Shown: piece by piece, positions 10,452 through 20,363 of the stretch
Numbering within the stretch: the stretch's first letter is position 1
Layout of the letters: every line of letters starts with the position of its first letter
Origin: Enterococcus sp.
GTDB taxonomy: Bacteria; Bacillota; Bacilli; Lactobacillales; Enterococcaceae
Direction: 5' to 3'
DNA: 64,000 bases
Assembly: GCF_032555305.1 (NCBI RefSeq)
Contig: NZ_JAWGOQ010000024.1
Span: forward strand, 11,033 to 75,032
The notes under the pieces: generated by a model
Databases searched by the model: none
What the model saw: only the letters and a program-made list of their open reading frames with translations
Told to the model about the DNA's origin: nothing
Translations under genes and position numbers: made by a program

Positions 10452-11297
10452 ATGAAGAAATGGTTAATTCCTCTATTAGGGACGCTTTTACTTTTGTCCG
10501 GTTGTTCAAAATGGATCGACCGTGGCGAGTCAATTACAGCAGTCGGATCATCTGCTCTGCAGCCGCTTGTTGAAACTGTTGCAGAAGAATATCAAAGTAA
10601 GAATCCTGGCAGATTTATCAATGTCCAGGGTGGCGGAAGCGGGACTGGCTTGAGTCAGGTACAATCGGGAGCAGTTGAGATCGGTAATTCAGATTTGTTT
10701 GCAGAAGAAAAAAATGGGATCGACGCGAAGAAGTTAGTCGATCACAAGGTTGCAGTTGTCGGCATCACTCCGATCGTTAATAAGGGCGTTGGGGTAACGA
10801 ATATTTCATTGGAGAATCTGCGGAAGATTTTTCTTGGTGAGATCAAAAATTGGAAAGATTTGGGAGGTAAGGATCAAGATATCGTCATTTTGAACCGAGC
10901 CAGCGGTAGCGGCACACGCTCGACCTTTGAGCAGTGGGTCTTGGACGGTAAGACAGCGGTTCGCGCGCAAGAGCAGGATTCAAGCGGAATGGTGCGTCAG
11001 ATCGTCGCCGATACACCCGGAGCAATTAGTTATACGGCCTTCTCTTATGTAACGAAAGAAGTACAAACACTGAATATCGATAATATTGAGCCAACAGATG
11101 AGAATGTGACTACCAATCGCTGGAAAATTTGGGCCTATGAGCATATGTATACGAAGGGGCAGCCAACTGAATTGGTGAAGGATTTTCTCGATTATATGCT
11201 TTCAAAAGAAGTTCAAGGAAAAGTTGTGCCTCAACTTGGGTATATTCCTATTTCTGATATGAAGGTCGAACGTGATTGGCAGGGAAATGTAATATAA
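10452..11297 (+). CDS. pstS: Phosphate ABC transporter substrate-binding lipoprotein
   Basis: Lipobox LSGC; GSSALQP, QGGGSGTG, RASGSGTR; SD AAGGAG before ATG 10452. Confidence 0.92.
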   Translation: MKKWLIPLLGTLLLLSGCSKWIDRGESITAVGSSALQPLVETVAEEYQSKNPGRFINVQGGGSGTGLSQVQSGAVEIGNSDLFAEEKNGIDAKKLVDHKVAVVGITPIVNKGVGVTNISLENLRKIFLGEIKNWKDLGGKDQDIVILNRASGSGTRSTFEQWVLDGKTAVRAQEQDSSGMVRQIVADTPGAISYTAFSYVTKEVQTLNIDNIEPTDENVTTNRWKIWAYEHMYTKGQPTELVKDFLDYMLSKEVQGKVVPQLGYIPISDMKVERDWQGNVI

Positions 11298-11308
11298 TAA
11301 TTTTTTGT

Positions 11309-11339
11309 GGACATGGATGAATTTCCATGTCCCTTTTTA
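11309..11339 (+). terminator. Intrinsic terminator after pstS
   Basis: GGACATGGA-TGAATT-TCCATGTCC then CTTTTT. Confidence 0.75.
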
Positions 11340-11376
11340 TATAATTAGCTAATATAGCAATAGGAGGATTAATTCG

Positions 11377-12153
11377 ATGTACTATCCGATTCAATTGCCT
11401 TTTCTTTTGAATGATGATTTTACGCGAGTGATGAGCTATCGCGAAAAAATAATTTCTGACTGCAGTGAGTTTGTCTTGTGTTTTTGGTCGATACAGTCGA
11501 AAACGCAAGAACAGGCATGTGTTAAGAATGTGATCATTGCGGATGGCTGCATTGATCTGATTGTGGATTTCGATCAAAGAATGATCTTTTTTACCGGAAA
11601 TCAGCAGACTGATTTTGATTATGAAATCCAAACCCCGGCACATTTTTTCGGAGCTCGAATGATGCCGGGGGCTTTCCATCAGTTGACAGGTTTACCGGCA
11701 GGAGCAGCCATGGATCAGTTCATCTTACTTTCAGATGTCTTTAACGACTTGGACCAAGAAAATTTATTTGCGGGAACATTTGAAGCAGGGCAAGAAATTT
11801 TTCAAAACTATGTGGTTGGAAAATTTGAAGGGAAGCAGCCCAACGATTTCACTCGACTCTTTCCGCGATTGTCGGAGAAAATTCCGCAAACAACAAAAGA
11901 ATTATACGAGCAGCTCTACTTCAGTCCGAGACAATGTCAGCGAATCTTTGCGAAAAATTTTGGTTTGACACCCAAAATGGTACTGAGTATTCTGCGCTTT
12001 CAAAAATGCTTGCAGATCTTAACTTCAGAACAAGCGCGACCAGCTGATATTTTAGCAGTTACAAATTACTACGATCAACCGCATTTCAATAAGGATTTTA
12101 AACATCATCTGGGAATTACGCCGCTGGAGTTGCTGGCTCGCTATAAAAATTGA
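11377..12153 (+). CDS. AraC-type regulator (DUF6597-like N-domain plus HTH)
   Basis: IIADGCIDLI N-terminal motif; SPRQCQRIF...GLTPK...RFQ...YYDQPHFNKDFK...GITP. Confidence 0.85.
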   Translation: MYYPIQLPFLLNDDFTRVMSYREKIISDCSEFVLCFWSIQSKTQEQACVKNVIIADGCIDLIVDFDQRMIFFTGNQQTDFDYEIQTPAHFFGARMMPGAFHQLTGLPAGAAMDQFILLSDVFNDLDQENLFAGTFEAGQEIFQNYVVGKFEGKQPNDFTRLFPRLSEKIPQTTKELYEQLYFSPRQCQRIFAKNFGLTPKMVLSILRFQKCLQILTSEQARPADILAVTNYYDQPHFNKDFKHHLGITPLELLARYKN

Positions 12154-12222
12154 CGCATTTTTACAATAACTAGCTGTCAGGTCTTGCTAGAATAAGACTA
12201 TAAATTAAAGGAGCTGGTTAAA

Positions 12223-12615
12223 ATGTATAAAAGTATCACAACGAATTTAATGGTGGCAAGCGTGGACGCATCAGTGAAGTTTTATCAAGAAATTCTTGGG
12301 TTAGAAGTGGTGGCTTCCGTTCCAGCAAAAGACCAAACGTTACAATTTGCGATTCTTGGGAAAGAGGCTATGACATTGATGCTGCAGGAAAAAAGCAATT
12401 TAAGTGAAGAGTATCCGATCTTGGCTGCCGAAAAGATTCAGCCGTCAATTACGTTGTATATTAAGGTGGAGAATTTTGAAAAATTTTATGCAGATGTTAA
12501 AAGTAGTTATCCGATTTATACTGAACCACATACCACATTTTATGGTGCGCAAGAATTCGCTATTACAGACCCAGATGGCTATGTATTGACCTTCACTGAA
12601 TATAAGGAAGGATGA
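12223..12615 (+). CDS. VOC family (glyoxalase/bleomycin-resistance-like) protein
   Basis: NLMVASVDASVKFYQEILG...TFYGAQEFAITDPDGYVLTF. Confidence 0.85.
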   Translation: MYKSITTNLMVASVDASVKFYQEILGLEVVASVPAKDQTLQFAILGKEAMTLMLQEKSNLSEEYPILAAEKIQPSITLYIKVENFEKFYADVKSSYPIYTEPHTTFYGAQEFAITDPDGYVLTFTEYKEG

Positions 12616-12621
12616 TTAGTG

Positions 12622-12850
12622 ATGAAAAATGATTTGCAGGTGATTCCCGGTATCGGAAAAAATATGGCGCAGCATTTGATTAATGCGGGCTATCCCGATG
12701 TAGCTTCTTTGAAGCAGCAGGATCCTGAAGAAATCTATTTGAAGGATTGTGTAACGCAAGGGCAAAAAGTTGATCGCTGTGCATTATGCGGATCATGATG
12801 GTGAGCTTCCGCCAGATAAACAAAATTGGTGGGAGTGGCAAGATAAATAG
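12622..12850 (+). pseudogene. Frameshifted helix-hairpin-helix protein (Cdd1 / mitomycin-resistance McrB-like)
   Basis: 12622-12798 reads MKNDLQVIPGIGKNMAQHLINAGY...QDPEEIY...DRCAL then stops; the +1 frame at 12785-12850 reads YADHDGELPPDKQNWWEWQDK*. Confidence 0.75.
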
Positions 12851-12853
12851 TTT

Positions 12854-12907
12854 AAGTCCCCGTTCGACCTTGGTCATTAATTGGCATAGGATTGAACGGG
12901 GACTTTT
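12854..12907 (+). terminator. Terminator-like hairpin closing the AraC-VOC-HhH cassette
   Basis: AAGTCCCCGTTCGA...TTGAACGGGGACTTTT. Confidence 0.7.
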
Positions 12908-12948
12908 GTATTTTCAAGCAGTTCAGTTGCAGTGGGTCTCTAATCTGG

Positions 12949-12985
12949 TTTACACTTTCTTTACAAATGTCATGGAAGCGTTACA
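12949..12985 (+). promoter_or_regulatory. Pho-box-like direct repeats upstream of pstC
   Basis: TTTACA (12949) and TTTACA (12960) 11 bp apart, plus GTTACA at 12980; matches the Firmicute PhoP TT(A/T/C)ACA repeat. Confidence 0.6.
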
Positions 12986-13083
12986 GGAGGTTAAAAGGAA
13001 ATTGATTTTCAACAGGTAAAATGGCTTTGTTGGTTTGTAAAAAACCAAGTGGATTAGTTTGTAGGAATCAGGAGGAGTAGGCC

Positions 13084-14016
13084 TTGGATAATGAAGATGT
13101 AAAAAAAGCGCTCACGACGAAATCAAAGCGTGCGAGGATTGAACAGCGAGGACGATTTGTAAGTTTTGTATGTATAGCGTTGATCGTATTTGTCGTTGGA
13201 GCGATTTTCTATTTTGTAGCAAGCAAAGGGTTGTCGACCTTTTTTGTAGATAAGATTAATGTGTTCGACTTTTTATTTGGAACAGTTTGGAATCCTAGTG
13301 CGACCGGGCCGGATGGCAAGCCGTTAGTTGGTGCATTGCCGATGATTTTAGGTTCATTTATGGTCACATTTTTGTCTGCGATTGTAGCAACACCATTCGC
13401 TATTGGGGCGGCAGTCTTCATGACAGAAATTTCTCCAACCAAAGGACAGAAATTCTTACAACCGGTTATTGAATTGCTGGTTGGAATTCCTTCGGTTGTA
13501 TATGGGTTTATCGGTTTGACGGTAATCGTTCCCTTCATTCGTTCGATCTTCGGCGGAACAGGGTTCGGAATCTTGTCAGGAACTTTCGTTTTGTTCGTTA
13601 TGATCTTACCAACAGTTACAACAATGACAGTAGATACCTTAAAATCAGTACCGCGGCATTATCGTGAAGCGTCATTAGCTTTGGGCGGAACCCGCTGGCA
13701 AACGATTTATAAAGTTGTTTTACGCGCGGCAGTTCCAGGAATTTTAACAGCAGTTGTCTTTGGTATGGCTCGTGCTTTTGGTGAAGCCTTAGCGATCCAA
13801 ATGGTAATCGGGAATGCGGCATTGATGCCGACTAGTTTGACCACGCCTGCGTCAACGTTGACTTCAATCTTGACGATGGGGATCGGGAACACGATTATGG
13901 GCACAGTGGAAAACAATGTCTTGTGGTCATTAGCATTGATTCTGTTGTTCATGTCTTTAGTATTTAACATTTTGATTCGTTACATCGGAAAGAAAGGGGA
14001 GATAACGAATGGATAA
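13084..14016 (+). CDS. pstC: Phosphate ABC transporter permease
   Basis: IELLVGIPSVVYG, REASLALGGTRWQTI, RAFGEALA; TTG start after AGGAGG. Confidence 0.95.
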   Translation: MDNEDVKKALTTKSKRARIEQRGRFVSFVCIALIVFVVGAIFYFVASKGLSTFFVDKINVFDFLFGTVWNPSATGPDGKPLVGALPMILGSFMVTFLSAIVATPFAIGAAVFMTEISPTKGQKFLQPVIELLVGIPSVVYGFIGLTVIVPFIRSIFGGTGFGILSGTFVLFVMILPTVTTMTVDTLKSVPRHYREASLALGGTRWQTIYKVVLRAAVPGILTAVVFGMARAFGEALAIQMVIGNAALMPTSLTTPASTLTSILTMGIGNTIMGTVENNVLWSLALILLFMSLVFNILIRYIGKKGEITNG

Positions 14017-14896
14017 AGCAAAACGCGCAGATAAAATCGCGACTGGAGTCCTATACGCTGTCTCTGGCTTGATCGTTGCGATCCTTGCCTTTCTATTATT
14101 ATATATTTTGATTCGCGGCTTGCCCCACGTATCATGGGAATTCTTGACCTCGCCTTCAAAAGCCTACCAAAAAGGCGGCGGGATCGGGATCCAATTATTC
14201 AACTCAATCTACTTACTGTTGATCACGATGATCATCAGCTTACCTATTTCATTAGGAGCTGGGATTTATTTATCTGAGTATGCAAAGAAAAATTGGGTGA
14301 CGAATGTCATTCGTACATCGATCGAAATTTTGAGTTCTTTACCTTCAGTTGTTGTCGGTTTGTTTGGCTTCTTAATCTTTGTTATTCAGTTTGGTTACGG
14401 CTTCTCGATTCTTTCAGGAGCTTTAGCACTGACCTTGTTCAATTTACCATTACTAACAAGAAATATTGAGGAATCGTTAAGAGCGATTCATTATACTCAG
14501 CGCGAAGCTGGGTTAGCTTTAGGGTTATCACGGTGGGAGACGGTCACAAAAATCGTTGTACCAGATGCATTGCCGGGGATTTTGACTGGGGTCATTTTAA
14601 GCTCTGGTCGGATTTTTGGTGAGGCGGCAGCGTTGATCTATACGGCAGGACAAAGTGCTCCAGCTTTGGATTTTACCAATTTAAATCCACTAAGTGTTTC
14701 AAGTCCATTGAGTATTTTCCGCCAAGCTGAAACATTGGCTGTGCATATCTGGAAAATCAATACAGAAGGCACGATGCCGGATGGAACTTCTGTCTCAGCA
14801 GGCGCTTCAGCAGTTTTGATTTTAGCGGTTCTGTTGTTTAACTTCGGAGCTCGGGCAATCGGTAAACGACTGCATAAAAGAATGACTTCAACATAA
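14009..14896 (+). CDS. pstA: Phosphate ABC transporter permease
   Basis: GIYLSEYA, LSSLPSVVVGLFG, GRIFGEAAAL. Confidence 0.95.
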   Translation: MDKAKRADKIATGVLYAVSGLIVAILAFLLLYILIRGLPHVSWEFLTSPSKAYQKGGGIGIQLFNSIYLLLITMIISLPISLGAGIYLSEYAKKNWVTNVIRTSIEILSSLPSVVVGLFGFLIFVIQFGYGFSILSGALALTLFNLPLLTRNIEESLRAIHYTQREAGLALGLSRWETVTKIVVPDALPGILTGVILSSGRIFGEAAALIYTAGQSAPALDFTNLNPLSVSSPLSIFRQAETLAVHIWKINTEGTMPDGTSVSAGASAVLILAVLLFNFGARAIGKRLHKRMTST

Positions 14897-14946
14897 CCCG
14901 TTGAGGCTAAGACATTGAAACTGAGAACGAATATAGGAGAACTTTA

Positions 14947-15747
14947 ATGAAAGAATACAATTGGGATGAACGAAACCTGATAAAAATGCCAGGCGAAATT
15001 GCGTTGCATACGGAAGATTTGCACGTTTATTACGGCGACAACGAAGCAATCAAAGGTGTTGACCTGGAATTTGAAAAAAATAAAATCACGGCTTTAATCG
15101 GGCCTTCAGGCTGCGGCAAGTCGACATATCTGCGTTCGTTGAATCGGATGAATGACGGTATCGCTAGTGCTCGTGTGACAGGAAAGATCGTGTATAAAGA
15201 TGTTGATGTTAATGCAGCAAACATCGATGTTTATGAAATGCGGAAACGAATCGGGATGGTATTTCAACGACCAAATCCCTTCAGTAAATCAATTCGCGAT
15301 AATATTACCTTTGCCCTGAAGCAGCATGGAATGCGTGATAAGCATCAACTAGAGGAAACTGTTGAAACCAGCTTGAAGCAAGCGGCTCTATGGGATCAAG
15401 TCAAAGATAATCTGGATAAAAGCGCCTTAGCTCTTTCTGGCGGACAGCAACAACGTCTTTGTATCGCGCGAGCAATCGCTATGAAACCGGATATTTTATT
15501 ATTGGATGAACCTGCCAGTGCGTTGGATCCAATCTCGACTGGTAAAGTAGAAGAGACGTTGGTTCAATTAAAAGAAAACTACACAATCATCATCGTGACT
15601 CATAACATGCAGCAAGCTGCGCGGATCAGTGACTACACGGCCTTCTTCTATTTAGGCCATGTTATTGAGTATGATGAAACAGCTAAAATCTTCACACGGC
15701 CGAAAATCCAGGCGACCGAAGATTATGTGTCTGGACATTTTGGTTAA
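14947..15747 (+). CDS. pstB: Phosphate ABC transporter ATPase
   Basis: [42 protein letters not shown]. Confidence 0.95.
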   Translation: MKEYNWDERNLIKMPGEIALHTEDLHVYYGDNEAIKGVDLEFEKNKITALIGPSGCGKSTYLRSLNRMNDGIASARVTGKIVYKDVDVNAANIDVYEMRKRIGMVFQRPNPFSKSIRDNITFALKQHGMRDKHQLEETVETSLKQAALWDQVKDNLDKSALALSGGQQQRLCIARAIAMKPDILLLDEPASALDPISTGKVEETLVQLKENYTIIIVTHNMQQAARISDYTAFFYLGHVIEYDETAKIFTRPKIQATEDYVSGHFG

Positions 15748-15764
15748 GAGACGGGGGAAATTGA

Positions 15765-16520
15765 ATGTCGAAGATTATTACTTCCAAAGACCTTCATTTG
15801 TATTATGGTAAAAAAGAAGCCTTAAAAGGCATTGATATGGAAATTGAAAAAGGTGAAATCACCGCGATGATCGGACCTTCTGGTTGTGGAAAATCGACTT
15901 ATTTACGTTCCTTGAATCGGATGAATGATTTGATCCCCGGTGTGACAATCACTGGCAGCGTCATGTATAAGGACAAAGATATCTATAGCCCTAAGACGGA
16001 TACAGTTAAGTTGCGCAAAGAAATCGGGATGGTTTTTCAACAACCGAATCCTTTTCCATTTTCGATTTACGAGAACGTCATCTATGGGTTAAAATTAAAA
16101 GGTGAGAAGGATAAAAACAAACTGGATCAAGTGGTGGAGCAGAGCTTGAAGGCAGCTTCGGTCTGGAACGATGTCAAAGATAAGCTGCATGAAAGTGCGT
16201 TGTCTTTATCTGGTGGGCAGCAACAGCGGGTATGTATCGCACGTGTTTTAGCCGTGAATCCTGAAGTTATCCTAATGGATGAACCGACTAGTGCTCTAGA
16301 TCCTGTATCAACAGGGAAGATCGAAAACATGCTGCTGGAGCTAAAAGAAAATTATACGATTATTATCGTGACGCATAATATGTCGCAGGCTTCACGAATA
16401 TCAGATCGTACGGCTTTCTTTTTACAAGGCGAGCTGATTGAGTTCGACAAGACGAAGAAAATATTCTTAGATCCAGCAAAACAAGAAACCGAAGATTATA
16501 TCTCAGGAAAATTTGGGTAG
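15765..16520 (+). CDS. pstB: Phosphate ABC transporter ATPase (second copy)
   Basis: [32 protein letters not shown]. Confidence 0.95.
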   Translation: MSKIITSKDLHLYYGKKEALKGIDMEIEKGEITAMIGPSGCGKSTYLRSLNRMNDLIPGVTITGSVMYKDKDIYSPKTDTVKLRKEIGMVFQQPNPFPFSIYENVIYGLKLKGEKDKNKLDQVVEQSLKAASVWNDVKDKLHESALSLSGGQQQRVCIARVLAVNPEVILMDEPTSALDPVSTGKIENMLLELKENYTIIIVTHNMSQASRISDRTAFFLQGELIEFDKTKKIFLDPAKQETEDYISGKFG

Positions 16521-16547
16521 AAATTAATTCATTTAAGGAGGGCAACG

Positions 16548-17225
16548 ATGTTACGTACACAATTTGAAGAAGATTTGCTGAATCTTCACAATCAGTTTTA
16601 TGAAATGGGTATGATGGTTTCCAGCGCTGTGCATAAATCGGTCCGTTCATATATTGACCATGATAAAAAACTAGCACAAGAGGTGATTGATCACGACATC
16701 GAGATCAATGACATGGAAGTCCGTTTAGAGAAAAAAAGCTTTGAAATGATTGCTTTACAGCAGCCAGTCACAACGGATTTGCGGACGATCATTACGATCA
16801 TGAAGGCTAGCTCTGACTTGGAGCGCATGGGCGACCACGCTGTTTCAGTCGCAAAATCAACGATTCGCTTAAAAGGACTTCCTCGAATCTTAGAGGTCGA
16901 AAAAGAAATCAATGAAATGTCCAACTACGTGAAAAAGATGGTGGACAATGTCTTGATCGCTTACGTAAAGACCGATGAAAAAGATGCTCGAATGATCGCG
17001 AAGATGGATGAACGCGTGAATGATTATTTCCAAAAAATCTATGATATGACTACCAACACGATGGAGAAGGAATCCGATACGATTATCAGCGGAACCGATT
17101 ATCTGCATGTTGCGGGTTACTTAGAACGCGTAGGGGATTATGTCACAAACATCTGTGAATGGATCGTTTACTTGGCGACTGGGAAAATCACGGAACTTAA
17201 TAGCAATCGAAATGAAACATTTTAA
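16548..17225 (+). CDS. phoU: Phosphate signalling protein PhoU
   Basis: ALQQPVTTDLR, DLERMGDHA, LERVGDYVTNICE. Confidence 0.95.
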   Translation: MLRTQFEEDLLNLHNQFYEMGMMVSSAVHKSVRSYIDHDKKLAQEVIDHDIEINDMEVRLEKKSFEMIALQQPVTTDLRTIITIMKASSDLERMGDHAVSVAKSTIRLKGLPRILEVEKEINEMSNYVKKMVDNVLIAYVKTDEKDARMIAKMDERVNDYFQKIYDMTTNTMEKESDTIISGTDYLHVAGYLERVGDYVTNICEWIVYLATGKITELNSNRNETF

Positions 17226-17241
17226 TAAGAGATTAGATGGG

Positions 17242-17273
17242 CCAGATAGAAAATGATTCTATCTGGTTTTTTT
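17242..17273 (+). terminator. Intrinsic terminator after phoU
   Basis: CCAGATAGAA-N5-TTCTATCTGG plus T7. Confidence 0.85.
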
Positions 17274-17304
17274 GTCTGCTGGGATATTCCTTCTTTACTT
17301 TTAA

Positions 17305-17332
17305 CAATATAGTTAGTAAACTAACTATATTG
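17305..17332. promoter_or_regulatory. Perfect palindrome, probable MarR operator
   Basis: CAATATAGTTAGT-AA-ACTAACTATATTG, 13 bp perfect inverted repeat ending 16 nt before the MarR start. Confidence 0.75.
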
Positions 17333-17348
17333 CATTGGAGGATTATTT

Positions 17349-17765
17349 ATGGAAAATACAGGTTATCTAATCATGAACAGTTCCAAAAAACTAACCTATG
17401 AGTTAAATAAAGCCTTACGTGAAAAAAATTTGACTGCGCCTCAATGGGCAGTTATTCAACAACTGAAACGATTCGAAGACACCAATCAGTCGATTACCGC
17501 TATTCAATTAACGAAATTTTTGGAAATGGATAAGCCGACAATTTCGGCCATCATTAAACGATTGGAGCAAAAAAACCTTATTAATAGAAGAAAAAGTCAT
17601 CATGACAATCGATCATACGATTTGTATTTAACAAAAACGGGAAAAGAAGCTTATGAATTCGCAAAGAACACAAGTGATAAGGTGCTTAAAAATTTTATAC
17701 TGCCATTGTCGGCAGAGGAACAAGAATCGTTAAATACTTTGCTGCAAAAACTGAATCAGGAGTGA
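17349..17765 (+). CDS. MarR family transcriptional regulator
   Basis: LTAPQWAVI, MDKPTISAIIKRLEQKNLI, DNRSYDLYLTKTG. Confidence 0.92.
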   Translation: MENTGYLIMNSSKKLTYELNKALREKNLTAPQWAVIQQLKRFEDTNQSITAIQLTKFLEMDKPTISAIIKRLEQKNLINRRKSHHDNRSYDLYLTKTGKEAYEFAKNTSDKVLKNFILPLSAEEQESLNTLLQKLNQE

Positions 17766-17769
17766 GGAC

Positions 17770-18654
17770 ATGGAAAAAATATTGGTTATTGGAGCTACAG
17801 GAAATATCGGCTGGCCATTGATAGAAAATTTAAGTATGAAAGAAGTAGAAATTATCGCTGGTGTACGAAATCCTAATAAAGTCCAAGAGAACTTCAGACC
17901 ATTTTCAAATGTACAGGTCAAAGCTTTTGATTTTACGGATGCTTCGACATTCGCAGCAGCACTTGCTAGTGTGGATCGGATTTTTTTCGTTCGTCCTCCG
18001 CAGTTAGCGAATCCCCAAGAGGACATGTATCCTTTTTTAGAGACAGCCAAAGCTGAAAAGGTAAAGCAAATCGTTTTTGTATCTTTGATTGGTGTGGAGA
18101 AGAATCCGATGACGCCTCATCATAAAATCGAGAAAAAAATTCTTGAACTAGGAATTCTCCATACCTTTATCCGACCAAGTTTTTTCATGCAGAATTTGAG
18201 TACGACTCATTTAGAGGATATCCAAAAAAATCATGATCTCTTTGTTCCTGCCGGAAATTCAAAAACTAGTTTTATTGATACGCGAGATATTGGTGCAGTG
18301 GGAGCGGAGTGTTTACTGAATAGGCAGTATTTAAATCAAGAATTAGAGATCACTGGTGCCCAAGCATTGACTTACGGTGAAGCAAGTCAAATTATGACTG
18401 AGGAATTACAGACACCGATAACTTACAGTAAACCTAGTCTGTTTAAATTTCGTAAAACGATGCTGCGACGGGGCATGAAAAAGGACTATGTGAATGTGAT
18501 GGTCATGCTTTATCTGATTACTCAGTTAGGCAATGCGAAAAAAGTTACTTATACAGTCCAAGAGCTTCTTTCACGAGAACCGATTTCATTCGCAAAATTT
18601 GTGGAAGATCATAAAAAAGTTTTCCTGAATGAGCACAAAGATTCTACATTATAA
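17770..18654 (+). CDS. NmrA-like NAD(P)-binding atypical SDR oxidoreductase
   Basis: ILVIGATGNIG Rossmann motif, RPSFFMQN, SFIDTRDIG. Confidence 0.88.
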   Translation: MEKILVIGATGNIGWPLIENLSMKEVEIIAGVRNPNKVQENFRPFSNVQVKAFDFTDASTFAAALASVDRIFFVRPPQLANPQEDMYPFLETAKAEKVKQIVFVSLIGVEKNPMTPHHKIEKKILELGILHTFIRPSFFMQNLSTTHLEDIQKNHDLFVPAGNSKTSFIDTRDIGAVGAECLLNRQYLNQELEITGAQALTYGEASQIMTEELQTPITYSKPSLFKFRKTMLRRGMKKDYVNVMVMLYLITQLGNAKKVTYTVQELLSREPISFAKFVEDHKKVFLNEHKDSTL

Positions 18655-18693
18655 TAGGGAGAAACACGCTCTTCAAGAAGTCGGATAAAAAGA

Positions 18694-18737
18694 TGGGTCT
18701 TTAGTCCTATGACAAACTCACAAAAACCATGCATAAT
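18694..18737 (+). promoter_or_regulatory. LiaR box and promoter of liaXYZ
   Basis: TGGGTCTTTAGTCCTA (18694-18709) fits T(N)4C(N)4G(N)4A; ATGACA-N17-CATAAT. Confidence 0.7.
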
Positions 18738-18787
18738 ATGAATGTAAACAAAAGTAATGTATTTGCTTTTTGAAGGAGGCAATTTCT

Positions 18788-20338
18788 ATGAATGAAAGAC
18801 AACGAATTTTGGAATTAGTTAAAAAAGGTATTTTATCAACTGAAGAAGGTTTAGATTTATTAGAAAGCATGGCCAAGGCGAAGGATGAAGCGCAGATCAA
18901 ACAGGCTGCCGACAAAGTGGATTCTTATCACCGCGACCAAGCAACGAATTTAGTTGATGAGTGGGAAACAGGAAAAGACACAGAAGATGCTAAAGGATCT
19001 GAAGAACAGGACTTGGAAGATCTTGAAGCATACTTTGATGACTTAGCAACAGAAGCCAACCAGATTTCTGCTCATATCGATGAAATCAATCAAAAGAAAA
19101 AAGAACTAAAGGCTGCACTTCATGAAAAACAAGAAGTCTTGATGGAGTTAGACACGAAGGAAGAATTGGATACATTATCAGATGAAGATGATGACATCCG
19201 TGAAGCAGTTGAAGAAGCAATCGATGAGTTGAAAGAACAAATCGCTGACTTAGATGAACAGGTCGAAGAGCAAGAAGAGGAATTAAAGAACGTGCAGGAC
19301 AACCAAGATGAGTCTCGTAAAGCACGTAAAGGCACACGCTTTGATATTCCTGATGATTTGAAGGACCAAGCGAGTGAAACTTTCTCGCAAGTTGGTGAAA
19401 AATTGGGAGAAGCCGGCGTTCAATTAGGGCGCTTGATGAAGAAAACTTGGAAAACTGTTTCTGACACAGTCGAAGAAAATGTTGATTGGAAAGACTTCAA
19501 TGTCAAAGTTCCTGGTCTAGTAACGTCCAAGTTTGAACATCAATTCCTATATACAGATGTTGAACCAACGTTGATCGATATCAAGCTAGCGAATGGTAAA
19601 GTAACCTTAAAAGCTTGGGATGACGCGGCTATCAAAGTAGATGCGAAAATCAAACTTTATGGTAAAATGAATGAAGCAACACCACTACAATCATTGATGG
19701 AACGCAGCCAGATCGAAGTGAATGATGAACATATCTCATTCCAAATTCCGAATAAACGTGTTCAAGCAGAATTAATTTTCTACTTGCCAAAACGGACTTA
19801 CGATCATGTAGCTGTTAAATTACTGAATGGTGATTTGACTGTTGAAGAGATGGATGCCAAGGATGTATATGCGAAATCAACCAACGGCAATATCAACTTC
19901 AAACATATCGATGCAACAATGCTTGAGATTCAAGGTGTTAATGGCAATATCACTATCAATGAAGGCGCGATCTTAGACTCAATCATCGAAACAGTTAATG
20001 GAAACATCACGACTAAAGCAGCTATTCAAAATTACGGCATCTCATTAGTTAATGGTGATGTGAAGTTAACGGCTGGACATGCCAGCTTACAAAAAATCAA
20101 AGCAAGCTCAGTTAACGGAAATGTCAAAGTTTCTGTAGGAAAAACGATTGGCTTGGAAGGATTGGCGAAAACCAGCTTGGGTAGTATCAATGATCGTCTA
20201 TCAAATTATGAAGTGATCAGAGAGAAAAAAGAAAAAACGAACCGCTTATTGCAATTCCGTCGGGTAGCCGAGGATATGGCGAAAATTGAGGTCTCAACGA
20301 CCACAGGTAGTATTTTCTTGAAAGATTTTGACAATTAG
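18788..20338 (+). CDS. liaX: Cell-envelope stress / daptomycin-sensing protein LiaX (YvlB/DUF4097)
   Basis: MNERQRILELVKKGILSTEEGLDLL N-terminus, acidic coiled coil, NG-repeat beta domain; followed by PspC and holin-like genes. Confidence 0.9.
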   Translation: MNERQRILELVKKGILSTEEGLDLLESMAKAKDEAQIKQAADKVDSYHRDQATNLVDEWETGKDTEDAKGSEEQDLEDLEAYFDDLATEANQISAHIDEINQKKKELKAALHEKQEVLMELDTKEELDTLSDEDDDIREAVEEAIDELKEQIADLDEQVEEQEEELKNVQDNQDESRKARKGTRFDIPDDLKDQASETFSQVGEKLGEAGVQLGRLMKKTWKTVSDTVEENVDWKDFNVKVPGLVTSKFEHQFLYTDVEPTLIDIKLANGKVTLKAWDDAAIKVDAKIKLYGKMNEATPLQSLMERSQIEVNDEHISFQIPNKRVQAELIFYLPKRTYDHVAVKLLNGDLTVEEMDAKDVYAKSTNGNINFKHIDATMLEIQGVNGNITINEGAILDSIIETVNGNITTKAAIQNYGISLVNGDVKLTAGHASLQKIKASSVNGNVKVSVGKTIGLEGLAKTSLGSINDRLSNYEVIREKKEKTNRLLQFRRVAEDMAKIEVSTTTGSIFLKDFDN

Positions 20339-20363
20339 GAAATAATAAGGAAGGAAGATTCAT

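Noticed and set aside
12680..13019. ORFs 12680-12877 (-) and 12786-13019 (+)
   Set aside because: Shadows over the Cdd1-like pseudogene, terminator and pstC promoter; no SD or recognisable protein features.
14947..16520. Tandem pstB duplication as a novelty
   Set aside because: Two pstB genes are the normal arrangement in Firmicute pst operons.
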